From Candidatus Latescibacterota bacterium (GTDB lineage: Bacteria; Latescibacterota; UBA2968; GCA-2709665): a stretch of DNA of 64,000 nucleotides. The DNA is taken from NCBI GenBank assembly GCA_963667175.2, contig CAXXXF010000003.1, forward strand, positions 128,001-192,000. Direction: 5' to 3'. The notes beneath the pieces were generated by a model, which was not told the DNA's origin, did no database searches, and saw nothing but the letters and a program-made list of their open reading frames with translations. Positions within the stretch are counted from its first letter, which is position 1. Each line of letters opens with the position of its first letter. A program made the translations under genes and the position numbers. Positions 21,201-31,700 of the stretch are shown here, one piece after another.

Positions 21201-22964
21201 CTGAGAAAGCGGCCGCTGCGCAGCGGCCTGACCGCGGTGACGCTGACCCTGTTGACCTTTACGGTGCTTTCGTTTACTTCGGTTCAGACGTATCTGCGTT
21301 TCTACAAGCTGCCGAGGGACAACCGGCCGCCCTACGAGGGTGCGCTGGTGAGAGACCGGAACTGGAGAGGGCTGCAGCCCTCCGTACTGACCTATATCCG
21401 GAGCCACTTCGGGGGTTTCGCCCGGGTCGCGCCCCGGGCATTTTACATTTCGGAAAAGCGCGGCGAGCGGGCCTACGTCGACTTCGAGGAACCGGAGAGC
21501 GGCCGGCGGAGTTTCGCGAACGGCTTGCTGGGAGTATCGCCGCAGGAACCGGAGGTGCTGGGCATTGACCGGCTGCTGACGGCCGGCCGGTGGTTCCGGG
21601 AGGGCGAGCGCCACGCGGTCATCCTCCCGGGAGAACTGGCGGAACTCGTAGGAATCACCCGCGCGGACGTGGAAGCCGGCGGGGCGCGTGTGCGCATGCT
21701 GGGGGTGGAGCTTGCCGTTGTCGGCATTCTGGACTCCCGGGCCGTCGACAGGCTTGAGGACATGGACGACGAACGGTTGACGCCCATCGACACGACGATG
21801 GAGACCGCGGGGACGAGCGACTGGCGCAACCTGAGCCAGGATCCGAGGCTGATGGGCGCGGAGCCGATCGAGGCGTTTATCCACCTGGATGCGAGCAATA
21901 CGGCGCTGCTTCCGTACGAGTTCGTGATCGAAATCGGGGGTACGCTCCGGTCGATTGCGATCACCGATTTCAGGGACGCGGAGGGCAACCCGAGCCGGGA
22001 GGTGCGGCGGCAGATCGAGGACTTCATGTCCCGGGTCGCGCTGACCATGTTCGTGGGTATCGACGACGAGGTGACGGTTTACAGTTCCATCGGGACCACC
22101 TCACTCTCCGGCATCGCGAATCTCTTCATCCCGCTGCTGATCGCCTCGCTCATCGTTCTGAATACGATGATGGGCGCGGTGTACGAGAGATTCCGCGAGA
22201 TCGGCGTCTACTCGGCGGTAGGTCTGGCGCCCAGCCACATATCCGCGCTCTTCCTGGCCGAGGCGGCGGTGTTCGCCACGCTGGGCGCCGCGTTCGGCTA
22301 CCTGATCGGCCAGGCGATGGCGATGTTCCTGTACGAACGCGGGGCGCTGGGCGGTCTGTCGCTGAACTATTCGTCGCTGTCCGCGGTTTCGTCGACCTTG
22401 CTCGTGATGCTGGCGGTGTTCCTGTCCACGCTCTATCCCGCCAGGAAAGCCGAGCAGATGTCGGTGCCCGACGTCACCCGGCGGTGGCAGTTTCCCCATC
22501 CCGACGGTGACGAATGGTCCTTCGACTTTCCGTTCACTCTGGCGGGATCCGAAGCCCTCGGGATGTATACCTATCTCTTTCGGTGTTTCGAGTCGTTCGG
22601 CGAAGGTTCCCTGGGCCGGTTCGTTTCGCGGAACGTGCGTTTCGGGTCCGAGCCGCTACCGGCCGGCACGGGGTATACGATCGCGCTGCGGATGTGGCTT
22701 GCGCCCTACGATATGGGGATCAGCCAGGACGTCCGGATGAATGCGGTCCCCACGGGAGAACACGATATCTACCGTATAGAGGTCCTGATCCATCGCCTGA
22801 GCGGAGACGTGAACTCCTGGCAGCGGGTGAACAGGGGTTTCCTGAACGACCTCCGCAAGCTCTTTCTGGTTTGGAAGACCATGCCTCCCGAAACCAGGGC
22901 GGACTACGCCAGGCAGGGCGAGGTTGAACTGGAAACGCCGGTGGGCCGTGCGGGCGTATCCTGA
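18249..22964 (+). CDS. Large membrane protein: PA/M28-peptidase-like domain + MacB/FtsX-like permease
   Basis: N-terminal anchor, SRVVGY and NVYGYLPG...GAYYD...PGAESASG (M28-like). FtsX motifs NLRKRPLRSGLT and ERFREIGVYSAVG...LFLAEA. Confidence 0.8.
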   Translation: MMFDVIKRILLVLLTLAVLALVVVFDPEEVSDVMRDTLRIHQLAPGEQARGDLSAEDRAVRRVVDAITEDDVRSHVASLTGMPSRVVGYGGERQARDYIVSQFEALGLERITTEPFDVTVPIDLGGVLKVTATGREIPIYGLWPNDVRTPTLPAEGIEGSLIYGRRGEFADFNGSVVDGSVVLMDFGCGQNYVNAMTLGAKAILFFDDGNVTRGEAEDKFLEVPVNVPRFWIDREEARRLLEEIQRGDVRVRLTARMDWKTVEAANVYGYLPGSEERIPGGTGIRWKDRLIVVGAYYDAMSVVPALAPGAESASGVAALLEVIRSLKLHGSRYSFLFLATSAHFEGLSGINDFLFRHSRRSDYFRDRIPEGDRIDFSLFVGLDLSSRSRQVGGFAMGTFYNARKGTDEYLKNLLTPYSHRFREYSRALFPDDARYVDVVAPAKRPWTSYMPVPLALESEAAVFVGQEAMTLVTLYDGRVRTDTPLDLPEAMAFDRLTDQVRSVAAMMIRAGNDPGFFRETQLRLMDRGHRLSGRILWFDRDVDFAIPRVPVPGALVTYKQPGPGSLAGVRTLMVTQATRGPIYEGARARGPRFGSREEVARTGRFAFDVVRNRFSNQILAYEIDAEGRIVSAPDMGREGAGSDGREGKYPLLQGYGWWDNQMMGVLFRCRSLSLFEIVDSSYLSVLDHMKVLGRDNSEPIEYGFRYVANQGRKEGKVTQASVAFAPPGERIKILMSSGLFGIKYLLINAPEDLLTDPVAPRQVNAATVKRSMGAGYVPDGDAISLPSYRAARDMWIVDDVRMKQLARYGVENQRLSRLHDRARESLLEAERHLENRQYDRFIASAREGWGLEARGYPEVKETANDTVRGVIFYFVLLLPFSFFCERLFFGFPDVQRRIIGFAGILIAMFLALRWVHPAFQLSGSPYIIFLAFVILCLGGVAMVIVVSRFAEQVRRLKQSATGVYEEDVGRISATIVAFTLGVSNLRKRPLRSGLTAVTLTLLTFTVLSFTSVQTYLRFYKLPRDNRPPYEGALVRDRNWRGLQPSVLTYIRSHFGGFARVAPRAFYISEKRGERAYVDFEEPESGRRSFANGLLGVSPQEPEVLGIDRLLTAGRWFREGERHAVILPGELAELVGITRADVEAGGARVRMLGVELAVVGILDSRAVDRLEDMDDERLTPIDTTMETAGTSDWRNLSQDPRLMGAEPIEAFIHLDASNTALLPYEFVIEIGGTLRSIAITDFRDAEGNPSREVRRQIEDFMSRVALTMFVGIDDEVTVYSSIGTTSLSGIANLFIPLLIASLIVLNTMMGAVYERFREIGVYSAVGLAPSHISALFLAEAAVFATLGAAFGYLIGQAMAMFLYERGALGGLSLNYSSLSAVSSTLLVMLAVFLSTLYPARKAEQMSVPDVTRRWQFPHPDGDEWSFDFPFTLAGSEALGMYTYLFRCFESFGEGSLGRFVSRNVRFGSEPLPAGTGYTIALRMWLAPYDMGISQDVRMNAVPTGEHDIYRIEVLIHRLSGDVNSWQRVNRGFLNDLRKLFLVWKTMPPETRADYARQGEVELETPVGRAGVS

Positions 22965-22989
22965 TCGCGGCGGTTAAGGAACCCGACGA

Positions 22990-24957
22990 ATGGCGAAACC
23001 TGCCGGGCAACGCGAAGCCGAGGTAGCCGGCACGAAGTTGGCGATACGGGGGGTTTCGGCACGCGCCCTGAGCGTAGGCCTGTGCATTGCCGCCCTGCAC
23101 AATTTCTGGAGTCTGCACTCGCTCTATATCATCCGGGGATCGTGGCTGAACCGTACGCATTTCCCGATGGGCGTGTTCGTGCCGTTCCTGATCCTCGTCC
23201 TGGCAACCCCGGTCATCCGTCGGTTCGTTCCCAGAATGGCGATGTCCGGGCCCGAACTTCTGGTGGCGCTGTGTGCGGGTCTTGCGGGAGGTATGGTGCC
23301 GACGTTCGGTCTTTCCACGACCTGGATCGGCATGCTGGCCATTCCGCACTATCTCGCCACGCCCGAGAATCAATGGGGAGAGTACCTCCTGCCCAACGTG
23401 CCCGGGTGGATGGCGCCGTCCAACGCGCAGGGGGCCATGAGATGGCTCTTCGAGGGTCTCCCGCCCGGCGAAGGGGTTCCCTGGGGCGAATGGGCCGCCC
23501 CTCTGTTCTGGTGGACGGCGCTACTGGGCGGGTTGGCGCTGGTTTCCTTCTGTACGGTCGCGGTTCTGCACCGGCAGTGGTCGGGGCACGAACGGCTGGC
23601 CTATCCCATTCCCTCGGTGGCCGGGGACATGGCGGAAGGGGCCGAGGGCAGAGGCGAATGGGCCGGATTGTTGCGGAACCGTTTGTTCATTGCGGGATTG
23701 TCGGCCGCGCTGGCGATCAAAATCTGGAACCTGGCGCCCGCGTTCGTGCACGGGCTTCCGATGATCCGTTTGTTTCACCAGCAGCTGTGGGTGTACTTCA
23801 CACAGTACTCCATGGTCCACGTGAGCCTGAATTTCTATACGATCGGGTTCGCGTATATGACGGGCCTGGACCTGCTGCTTAGTATCTGGCTGTTTCATCT
23901 CCTTTACATTATGGAGATCGCGGCGTTCGCCCGGATCGGACTGGGCATTGCGGGATTCTCCGGCGGGGACGTGTCGTGGCAGGGCGGCGGCGCGATGATG
24001 TGCTACGTGGGCCTGGCCCTGTGGACGGCCCGGGGGCACCTCGGTCGCGTGGTGCGGCGGGCGCTGGGCCGGACCGGCGGCGCGGAAGACGCCGGGGAGC
24101 TGATGCGGTACCGGTGGGCGGTGTGGGGTTTGGTTCTGGGGGTGGCCTTTGTCATCTGCTGGTTGCGGATGGCCGGTATGGGGGTGCTTCTGGCCACGGC
24201 GTTGACGGTGTTGCTGTTCACGAGCTACCTGGGTCTCGCGCGGATTGTGGCGCAGACCGGCCTGCTCTACGTCAACCTGCCCCAGAGCGGCCAGGGGCTC
24301 ATTCTGGGGGCCGTGGGCGCGGCGTCCATTCCGGCGCCCGGTCTCACGGCCATGGCGTTTACCAATGTCTTCGCCAATGATCACATGGGCCTGTTCATGC
24401 CCGCTTTCGCGCAGATTGCGAAATTGGCCGAACGGGTGGAGCGCCACCGAAGGCGGCTGGGATGGGTTGTGGCGCTGGGCCTGCTCGTCAGCATTGCGAC
24501 GTCGGTGGGGCTGACGCTCTATTGGGGGTATTCCGGCGGGGCGTACAATTTCGGCAGTATCGCGCTCTTCCGGCGGACGGTCCCCAGCGTGAACGGGTAC
24601 GTGAGCCATATGCGCAGCCCCGATCCCGTTTACGCGGCGCCGTTTGTTCTCTTCGCGGCCGGCGCGGCGGGGATGGCCCTGCTGGCGTTCCTGCGATACC
24701 GGTTCAACTGGTGGCCGGTGCACCCGGCGGGGCTGGCCGTGGGCTATACCGGCATGACGAGGCACGCGGCCTTCAGCATCTTCGCTGCCTGGATCTGCAA
24801 GTTTATTGTGATCAAAACCGGCGGCATGCTGCTTTACCGGCGGACCGTGCCGTTCTTTATCGGGACCATTGTCGGATACGCGTTGTCCGTTCCCCTGGGT
24901 TACGTGCTGGACGTGATCTTTTTCCACGGGCAGGGGCACGCCGTACACGCGTATTGA
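22990..24957 (+). CDS. DUF6785-family polytopic membrane protein (second paralog)
   Basis: YLATPENQW, VPWGEW, HRQWSGHERLAYP, RYRFNWWPVHPAG. Paralog of 16266..18230. Confidence 0.8.
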   Translation: MAKPAGQREAEVAGTKLAIRGVSARALSVGLCIAALHNFWSLHSLYIIRGSWLNRTHFPMGVFVPFLILVLATPVIRRFVPRMAMSGPELLVALCAGLAGGMVPTFGLSTTWIGMLAIPHYLATPENQWGEYLLPNVPGWMAPSNAQGAMRWLFEGLPPGEGVPWGEWAAPLFWWTALLGGLALVSFCTVAVLHRQWSGHERLAYPIPSVAGDMAEGAEGRGEWAGLLRNRLFIAGLSAALAIKIWNLAPAFVHGLPMIRLFHQQLWVYFTQYSMVHVSLNFYTIGFAYMTGLDLLLSIWLFHLLYIMEIAAFARIGLGIAGFSGGDVSWQGGGAMMCYVGLALWTARGHLGRVVRRALGRTGGAEDAGELMRYRWAVWGLVLGVAFVICWLRMAGMGVLLATALTVLLFTSYLGLARIVAQTGLLYVNLPQSGQGLILGAVGAASIPAPGLTAMAFTNVFANDHMGLFMPAFAQIAKLAERVERHRRRLGWVVALGLLVSIATSVGLTLYWGYSGGAYNFGSIALFRRTVPSVNGYVSHMRSPDPVYAAPFVLFAAGAAGMALLAFLRYRFNWWPVHPAGLAVGYTGMTRHAAFSIFAAWICKFIVIKTGGMLLYRRTVPFFIGTIVGYALSVPLGYVLDVIFFHGQGHAVHAY

Positions 24958-25002
24958 CGCAAATGGCAGGCCAACGCCTCGCCTGAAGGAGGGTATGATC
25001 CG

Positions 25003-28000
25003 ATGCGTATTCCACCGGTTTACACGGAACTGAAGGATCTCAATCTCGACACGGAACTGGTTCGAAACGGCCGGCCGAACGTAACGATCGTGACGCCGGA
25101 AGGCGGGGTCTACGCCGGTCCGGCGGAACGAATTCAGGCGGCGATTCAGGCGCGGACCGGCGCGCGGACGCCCATTGAAGACGACACGTCCCCGGCGGGC
25201 GCCGCGCCGTTTTCAGGGCATGTGATCGTCCTCGGAAACCGGTCCAGCAGCCGTACGATCGAAGCGCTCTACAACCAGTACTTCACGCTGCTGGACCTGC
25301 GATATCCCGGTCCCGGCGGGTACGAGGTCCGGTCGCTGCACAATCCGTACGGCAATGGATTTAATGTGATCTTCGCGGGTGGCAGCGATGAGAGGGGCGT
25401 GGCCGCGGCGGCGGACGTGCTGGCAGGGAAGGTGTTGGACGCCAACGAAGACGGTGGCGGGCTTTCGCTGGGCTGGCTGATGGAGATCCAACTGGGGCGG
25501 GGGATCCGGGTTCCCGGGGACCTCCGTGAATTTGAGACGTGGGAGGCCTCGGCGGGATACGGGTCGGTTGGATATTTCGGGTGGAACAGCATCAGCAAGC
25601 GAATGGCGATGTACTACATGACCGGAGACGCCTTTCACGCGCGGGAAGCTCTCCGGCTGGCCTTTCCGGACGACCGGGCGATGGCGGAGATCACTGATAT
25701 CGACGGGGAGCGGATCGAGAACAAGGACGAGCCGCTCAGCGGACCCTACCACTATAACGCGCACATGATGATTCTGTATTGGGACCTGATCGAGGAGAGC
25801 CCGGTTTTTTCGGACGCTGAGCGGCTGCGGGTCACGAACGCCTTCGCCGCGCAATTCGGCCACGCGCAGGACCAGGGCGCGAGGCGGCGGGTGGTGGAGA
25901 ACGTGCAGCAGGGCGCGAGGGGTTTCGGAGACCCGCCGCAAAGCGTGGGGTCGCGGCACGGACAGTGGTCCGCGATTTCGCTCTACTGCCTTGGACGATA
26001 CTTTCAGACCGGCTATCCGAGCGCACTCTGGGAGCAATCCATGGAGGCGGCCAGATGGCATTTCGCATCGCTGCACCGCCACGCCTGGGTGGACGGGGAA
26101 CACGACAACCTGTTCTGGTACAATACGGGCATGGCCCCTGTCCTGAGTTATATGCTGATCACTGGCGACCGGACGCCCATGGAGAACGGCGTGATGACCA
26201 CCCTGCTTCGCGGGCAGGAGATCCTCGCCTCGGGACGCGAACCCGACTGGGCCCTGAACTCCGCGTCCATCGGGCTTCTCAACAAGGCCGCCTATCTCAC
26301 GGGTGACGGCCGTTACCGCGAATATCTGCGACGGACGGGGATGGACCTGGATATCTTTCGGCTGGGACAATCCTTCTGGCCTGAAGACGATATCGAGCCC
26401 ACGCTGCCGGCGGACCTGGTGAACAGGTGGTCCATCCATCCGATCCCCGAACCGATGTGGCGGCAACGCGACAGCGGGTTGCCCCTGGAAAACTCCTTCC
26501 TGTTCGGCAGCTTTCGAAGCGCGGCCGATTCAACGGGAGATTTCATCCTGGTGAAGGGGATGAACGGCGCGTCCCGAAACGCGTACCATACCTTTGTGGT
26601 TCTGGAACTGCGACTGGATGGAAATACGCTGCTGGAAGGCTATCTGAACCAGGTGCTGACCCGTTCGGAAGGAACGGTGGAACCGGTGGTGGCGATGGAT
26701 TCCGCGCTGAAGTACCGGGACGTGGTCGGGGGGACCGCCGTTATCGAAGCCGAGGCGCCGAGGGCGGCGTTTTGCACGTGGCGCAGGACACTGGCTCAGC
26801 GGGTGGGTCGGTACGCGCTGTTCGTGGACCACCTGACCTTCCGCGAAGACAGCGAGGAACTGGAGGTGGAGGTGTTGTGGCAGGGCAAGGGCGCTTGGGA
26901 GGCGCTGCCGGACGGCGGCGCCGTGCGACTCGGGGACATGGCGCAAGTCCGTACGTCGGATCCGGTGGAGACCGTCGTATCGGACGGCCAGGCGCGTATG
27001 GTCTGGCGGGGACGGGTAGAGGAGGGAGACGAGCGATACGCCTTTTCGCTGCTGGCAGGGAACGGGACGACGTGCGCGCGTTTGACCGAAAATGCCGCCG
27101 CACTCGCGCTTCCGGAGCCGGCCGTGGCCGTTGCGGGCGAGTACGAAGGACTCAATGGCGACCTGGTCGTGCTGGCTGGAAGCCACCTGCACGGCGTCAA
27201 CCTCATCGGGGCTGCGCTTGGCGCACCCCTGTTCCACGCGAGCGCGCCCGTGCAGATCGACTGGGACTTTCGAAGCGGCGTCCTCGAGGTGGTTGCGGGT
27301 GAGGAGACGGAGATCCGGCTTGCCGTTGCCGATCCGAGTGCGGTCCGCGTCGGCGGAGGCGTCCCAGGTAAGGGGCAGAATGGCTCGGGCGCTATAGATT
27401 TCGTCGTCCAGGCAGGGCGGCATTCGGTATCCGGCGCGGCGCCCGAACCGGCCGCGCTCGCAAGGGCGACGGCGCGGCTCGAGCGCCTTCTGGAGCAGGG
27501 CCGGGATGCCAGACGGCAAGCCGCGGCTGCGCCATCGCCCGTTCTTCCGGATATTCCGTCCCTGCCGTCGGCATTCGCGACCGGCGTGAGTGGCGCCGTG
27601 GTGGACCTGGTCGCGGTTGATTCGGGCGGGCAAACGCTGATCTGCGCGGCAGAAGCACAAAACGTGCACGTCCTGTCGCAGGAGGGAGATATCCGCAGGA
27701 CCCTGCGGACGGATGGTCCCATCCGTCTGCTTCACTGGTGGGGCGAGCACAATCTGATCCTGGCGGGATGCGTGGACGAAAAAGTCATCGCGTTCGATCC
27801 GCATACGGGGGTTCGGAAGTGGGCGTTCACGTCGGAAGAAGACCCGGCCGTGTTCCGGGCCGCAAAACCGTACTGGTTCAAGACCGCGCCGGGGCACGCG
27901 GGCGTCCACGGACTCCATTCCGGCGGTTTTCTGGACGGGAAAAGCCAGGCATTCGTAGGCAGCGCCTGCACGCTCGAGATACTGGATGAGGACGGGAATC

Positions 28001-28719
28001 TCGTGAAGCGGCTTCCGGTGTTCTGGGGGCCGGGTTCCCGGTTCGCCCTGATCGACGGTCCTGAAGGAAGTATCGATCTGCTGATCGCGCGGCAGCCCAC
28101 GGACTCGCACGCGATGGCGGTTGTGAACAACCGCGAGCTGGATCCGAAGCAGCGCAGCTTCCGCGACGTGCCCGAGGGCCACACGAATATCGGCGGGTGG
28201 GCGTGCATGAGCCGGAAGCACATTTTCTACGAGGACCTGGACGGGGACGGCAGGAAGGAAGTGGTGAGCGAGATCAATGGGACATGGAACCGCGTGACGG
28301 TGTGGACGGAAGACGGGCGCGCGCTGCACAACGTCCACCTGGGCCCGGGGGAGCGCATTCCCACGGACAATGTGCGGGACTTCGACGTTGTCGATCTGGG
28401 AGGAGACGGAAGGAAAACGCTCCTCGCGGCGCTTTCGGGCGGGCTCGTACTCGCCCTGAATCACCGATGCGAAAATGTCTGGTCCAGGCGGCTGCCTTCT
28501 CCGCCTGCGGTAATGGCGGCGGTCGGGGCCGGTGTTGACGCCAGGGTCGTGGCCGGCTGTGAAGACGGGACGCTGGTCGTCCTGGACGGCGGCGGAGACG
28601 TCGTCCAATCGGGCAGGACGAACGGGAGGCCGACCTGCATAGAGACTGTGGACGAGACCGTTGTTACGGCGACGGACCAGGGGGAGATCACGGCGTGGCG
28701 GATGGGCGCCCTCCGGTGA
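25003..28719 (+). CDS. Giant lyase-like protein with C-terminal FG-GAP beta-propeller
   Basis: Shares YPGPGGYEVRSLHNP and WDLIEESPVFSDAERLR with the 28745 and 43275 paralogs. DLDGDG repeats. GAAGGAGG RBS. Confidence 0.7.
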   Translation: MRIPPVYTELKDLNLDTELVRNGRPNVTIVTPEGGVYAGPAERIQAAIQARTGARTPIEDDTSPAGAAPFSGHVIVLGNRSSSRTIEALYNQYFTLLDLRYPGPGGYEVRSLHNPYGNGFNVIFAGGSDERGVAAAADVLAGKVLDANEDGGGLSLGWLMEIQLGRGIRVPGDLREFETWEASAGYGSVGYFGWNSISKRMAMYYMTGDAFHAREALRLAFPDDRAMAEITDIDGERIENKDEPLSGPYHYNAHMMILYWDLIEESPVFSDAERLRVTNAFAAQFGHAQDQGARRRVVENVQQGARGFGDPPQSVGSRHGQWSAISLYCLGRYFQTGYPSALWEQSMEAARWHFASLHRHAWVDGEHDNLFWYNTGMAPVLSYMLITGDRTPMENGVMTTLLRGQEILASGREPDWALNSASIGLLNKAAYLTGDGRYREYLRRTGMDLDIFRLGQSFWPEDDIEPTLPADLVNRWSIHPIPEPMWRQRDSGLPLENSFLFGSFRSAADSTGDFILVKGMNGASRNAYHTFVVLELRLDGNTLLEGYLNQVLTRSEGTVEPVVAMDSALKYRDVVGGTAVIEAEAPRAAFCTWRRTLAQRVGRYALFVDHLTFREDSEELEVEVLWQGKGAWEALPDGGAVRLGDMAQVRTSDPVETVVSDGQARMVWRGRVEEGDERYAFSLLAGNGTTCARLTENAAALALPEPAVAVAGEYEGLNGDLVVLAGSHLHGVNLIGAALGAPLFHASAPVQIDWDFRSGVLEVVAGEETEIRLAVADPSAVRVGGGVPGKGQNGSGAIDFVVQAGRHSVSGAAPEPAALARATARLERLLEQGRDARRQAAAAPSPVLPDIPSLPSAFATGVSGAVVDLVAVDSGGQTLICAAEAQNVHVLSQEGDIRRTLRTDGPIRLLHWWGEHNLILAGCVDEKVIAFDPHTGVRKWAFTSEEDPAVFRAAKPYWFKTAPGHAGVHGLHSGGFLDGKSQAFVGSACTLEILDEDGNLVKRLPVFWGPGSRFALIDGPEGSIDLLIARQPTDSHAMAVVNNRELDPKQRSFRDVPEGHTNIGGWACMSRKHIFYEDLDGDGRKEVVSEINGTWNRVTVWTEDGRALHNVHLGPGERIPTDNVRDFDVVDLGGDGRKTLLAALSGGLVLALNHRCENVWSRRLPSPPAVMAAVGAGVDARVVAGCEDGTLVVLDGGGDVVQSGRTNGRPTCIETVDETVVTATDQGEITAWRMGALR

Positions 28720-28744
28720 TCCCGACGCCGCGACGGAGGAAGAA

Positions 28745-31700
28745 ATGGACACGGATCGACGTTCGACCGGACTGAAAATCGACAAGTTAAAGCCGACGCG
28801 CCTGGAGACGGTGCTGGCGGCAGACGGCGAACCGGCAGGGAAGATCGTCATCGGGGATACTCCCGCGCACGAACGGCAGGCGGAGCGAATCGCGACAAGG
28901 ATTGAGGCGGCCACGGGCGCCCGTCTGCCCGTGGTCCGCGCCGGCGACGTGTCGGCTTCGAGTGGACTGCTCGATACGCACGTGGTTGCCCTTGGGAATA
29001 TGGCCGACAACCCGTTCATCCGCTGGCTGTATTACCAGTGGTGGGCCATTGAAGACCTCTGTTATCCCGGCGAGGAGGGCTATACGCTCCGGACGCTCCA
29101 CAACCTTCTGGGAAACGGGAGGAACGTTGTCCTTCTGGGCGCCAGTGACGAGGACGGGCTGGACCGGGCGGCGTCCCGGTTTCTTTCCCGGGTCGGTAAC
29201 GGCGAAACACTGCGTCTGGGGTGGCTGATGGACGTTGCGCCTGGTCCGGCCTTCGATTCGCTCACACGTCCGCCGGACGGGTGGCTCGACGAGCGGCGGG
29301 AGGACTACATCCGGCAGGTCAGCCAGCCGCATGCCTCTAAAGCCGGGGCGGGGCATGGGATGGTCACGGAGGCGGGAAGGCAGGGATTCGCGTATCACCG
29401 GACGGGGTTCGAGGTCTATGCGATGGCGCTCCGGGAGGCGGTGGATGCGCATCTGAAGATGGGGGAACACGGGGTAATGGCCCATTTCAACGTGTGGTGG
29501 CTGGCGGTGATCTGGGACCTGATCGAGGAGAGTCCGGTGTTTTCGGACGCGGACCGCCTGCGGATCACGGGTTATCTGCTGTGGTTGATGGATTCGCACG
29601 AAGGCGCGTATAACCGGTTTTTCCGTGAGGGCGTGGGTCACCGGATGGTGCGTCAGAACCACCAGACGCTGGTGGGCCTGTCGTCTTGGTTCGCGGGGCG
29701 TTACTTCGCGACGCACTACGGGATGCCGGAGGCGGAGGAGTGGCAGGCGGCGTCGGCGGACCTGTTCAAGGGGCAGGCGGCATCGTTCAAGCCCACCGAG
29801 GACGCGAATGCCTACCAGTGGACGACACTGGACCATCTCCTGACCTATACCCTGGCCAGCGGGGACGAGACGTACGTGGAAAACGGGAATTGCCGGCGGT
29901 CGCTGGACCAGGCCGTGTTGTACTGCAACAACCGGGGCGCCATGCCGCCGTTCGGAGACTCCGGGGGATGCCAGGTGCCGCCGCCCGCGAGTTTCCTGGT
30001 GAAGGCGGGGCACGTGCTGGGCGACGGACGCGCGGAGTTTCTGATTCGCACGCGGTCGGACCGGGTTTCGCTCATCCACGGATTCGAGAAATATTTCGGC
30101 GACGGCCTGGCGCCCGAAACGCCCTCGGACATGGCCGGCGTGCGGGTGCTGGAGGTCGCGAAGGGGTATTACGATTTCGCCGCCGACCCGAAAGCGCGCC
30201 CGTCGGAGGTGAAGCCGCTGAATCTGCCGCGCGAAGAGGCGTTCGACACCCTGTGTTTCCGCGAGGGATTCGACCGTGACGATCAGTACCTGATGCTGCA
30301 CGGCATTTCCTACGGGAACCACGGGCACGACGACGGAAACACCATCGTGGAGTTTTCCGCGAACGACCGTGTGTTCCTGGTGGATGCATCTTACACGGAG
30401 GGCCCCACCCTGAAACATCACAACGGGGTGACGGCGGTACGGAACGGAGAGCCGTGGGAGGTGCCCGCGCTGTGCCGGCTGGAGGGCCTGGCCGACCTGG
30501 AACGCGTGGGAATCAGCCGGTCGTCAATGGAGGGAGAATGGGGCGCGCGGTGGACGCGGAACGTGGTCTGGCGCAAGGGGCGCTTTTTCGTGATTGTCGA
30601 CGAAATCGAGGCGACGAAGGCCGGGACGTTCGCGCTTGAGTGCAACTGGCGCACGCTGGGGACGCCGTCGCTGGACGGGGACCGGCTGGAGGCCGTGCAA
30701 CGGGACCCGGACAGCGGGCGGGAGGACCGGTTTGTGCTGGAAGGCGTTGGCGGCGACCGGGTGACGATGGAACGCGACTGGGAGGCCTTCGGGCACTGGT
30801 GGAAGGAATATCCGTATTCGGACGATTTCGTGAATATCCTTCGGCAGTCCGTCAGTCGCGAGATGGCGGCGGGCGACCGGCACACGTTTATCAATCTTTT
30901 TTATGCGACGAATGACGCGAAACCGCTGGACGTCCGGATGCGGCGCGTCGGGGAGACCGCGGTCCTGATCGAGGGATCGGAGGGGCGGATGCTGGTTGGG
31001 ACGGGAGGACCGGACGGAGCTCTTGCGGCGGGGCCGATTTCGGGTGAAGCCGACGCCTACGTGATTGGAGAGGGCTGGTTCGCCCTGTGCGGAGGACGGC
31101 GGTTGTTGCGCGGAGAAACGACGCTTTTCGAATGCGACCGCCCGGTATCGGTTGAAGTCGATCTGGAATCGGGCGCCGGCGTCTCGGATACGAGGGAAAG
31201 CGCAGGCGCGACACTGTTCGGTCAGCGACGAACGCTTGCCGAAGGGAGACACCGTCTGAGCGTGCCGACCGAGGACGCCGATACCCCTCTCGATGGGATA
31301 TGGGACCTTCCCGAGTGGGAGACCGGCGCCGGGAGGCGCGTGCGCAGGGTTTCAGGTGCGGAATTGCGCAGCATCTGGTCGCACGACTTCGGGTCCGCTG
31401 TCCGATGCGCAGCGCGCCGCGGCGGCGGCTCGGTCGCAGGTACGCAGGACGGGCGCGTGATTGCGTTGACGCCGGAGGGAGATCCCGACTGGACCTTTCA
31501 GGCCGGGGACGCGGTACTTTCAGTGTGTGCGGCGGGGCGGCCCGGCGACGTTGACGCTCCGGTGGCGGTTGGGGCGAACGACCGACGCCTCACCTTCCTC
31601 GAGGGCGACGGCGTCGAGCGATGGTCCCACAGGTTCGAGATTTTCCGCGGCGGATGGGCATGGTATACCCGGAATTCCTCCGTCGAAGTGGTCAAAGCCG

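Noticed and set aside
26530-29019. 829-aa minus-strand ORF and other long antisense ORFs (e.g. 2783..4330, 28787..30421, 37131..38693)
   Set aside because: Shadow ORFs of high-GC coding sequence. They have no motifs and overlap well-supported + strand genes.
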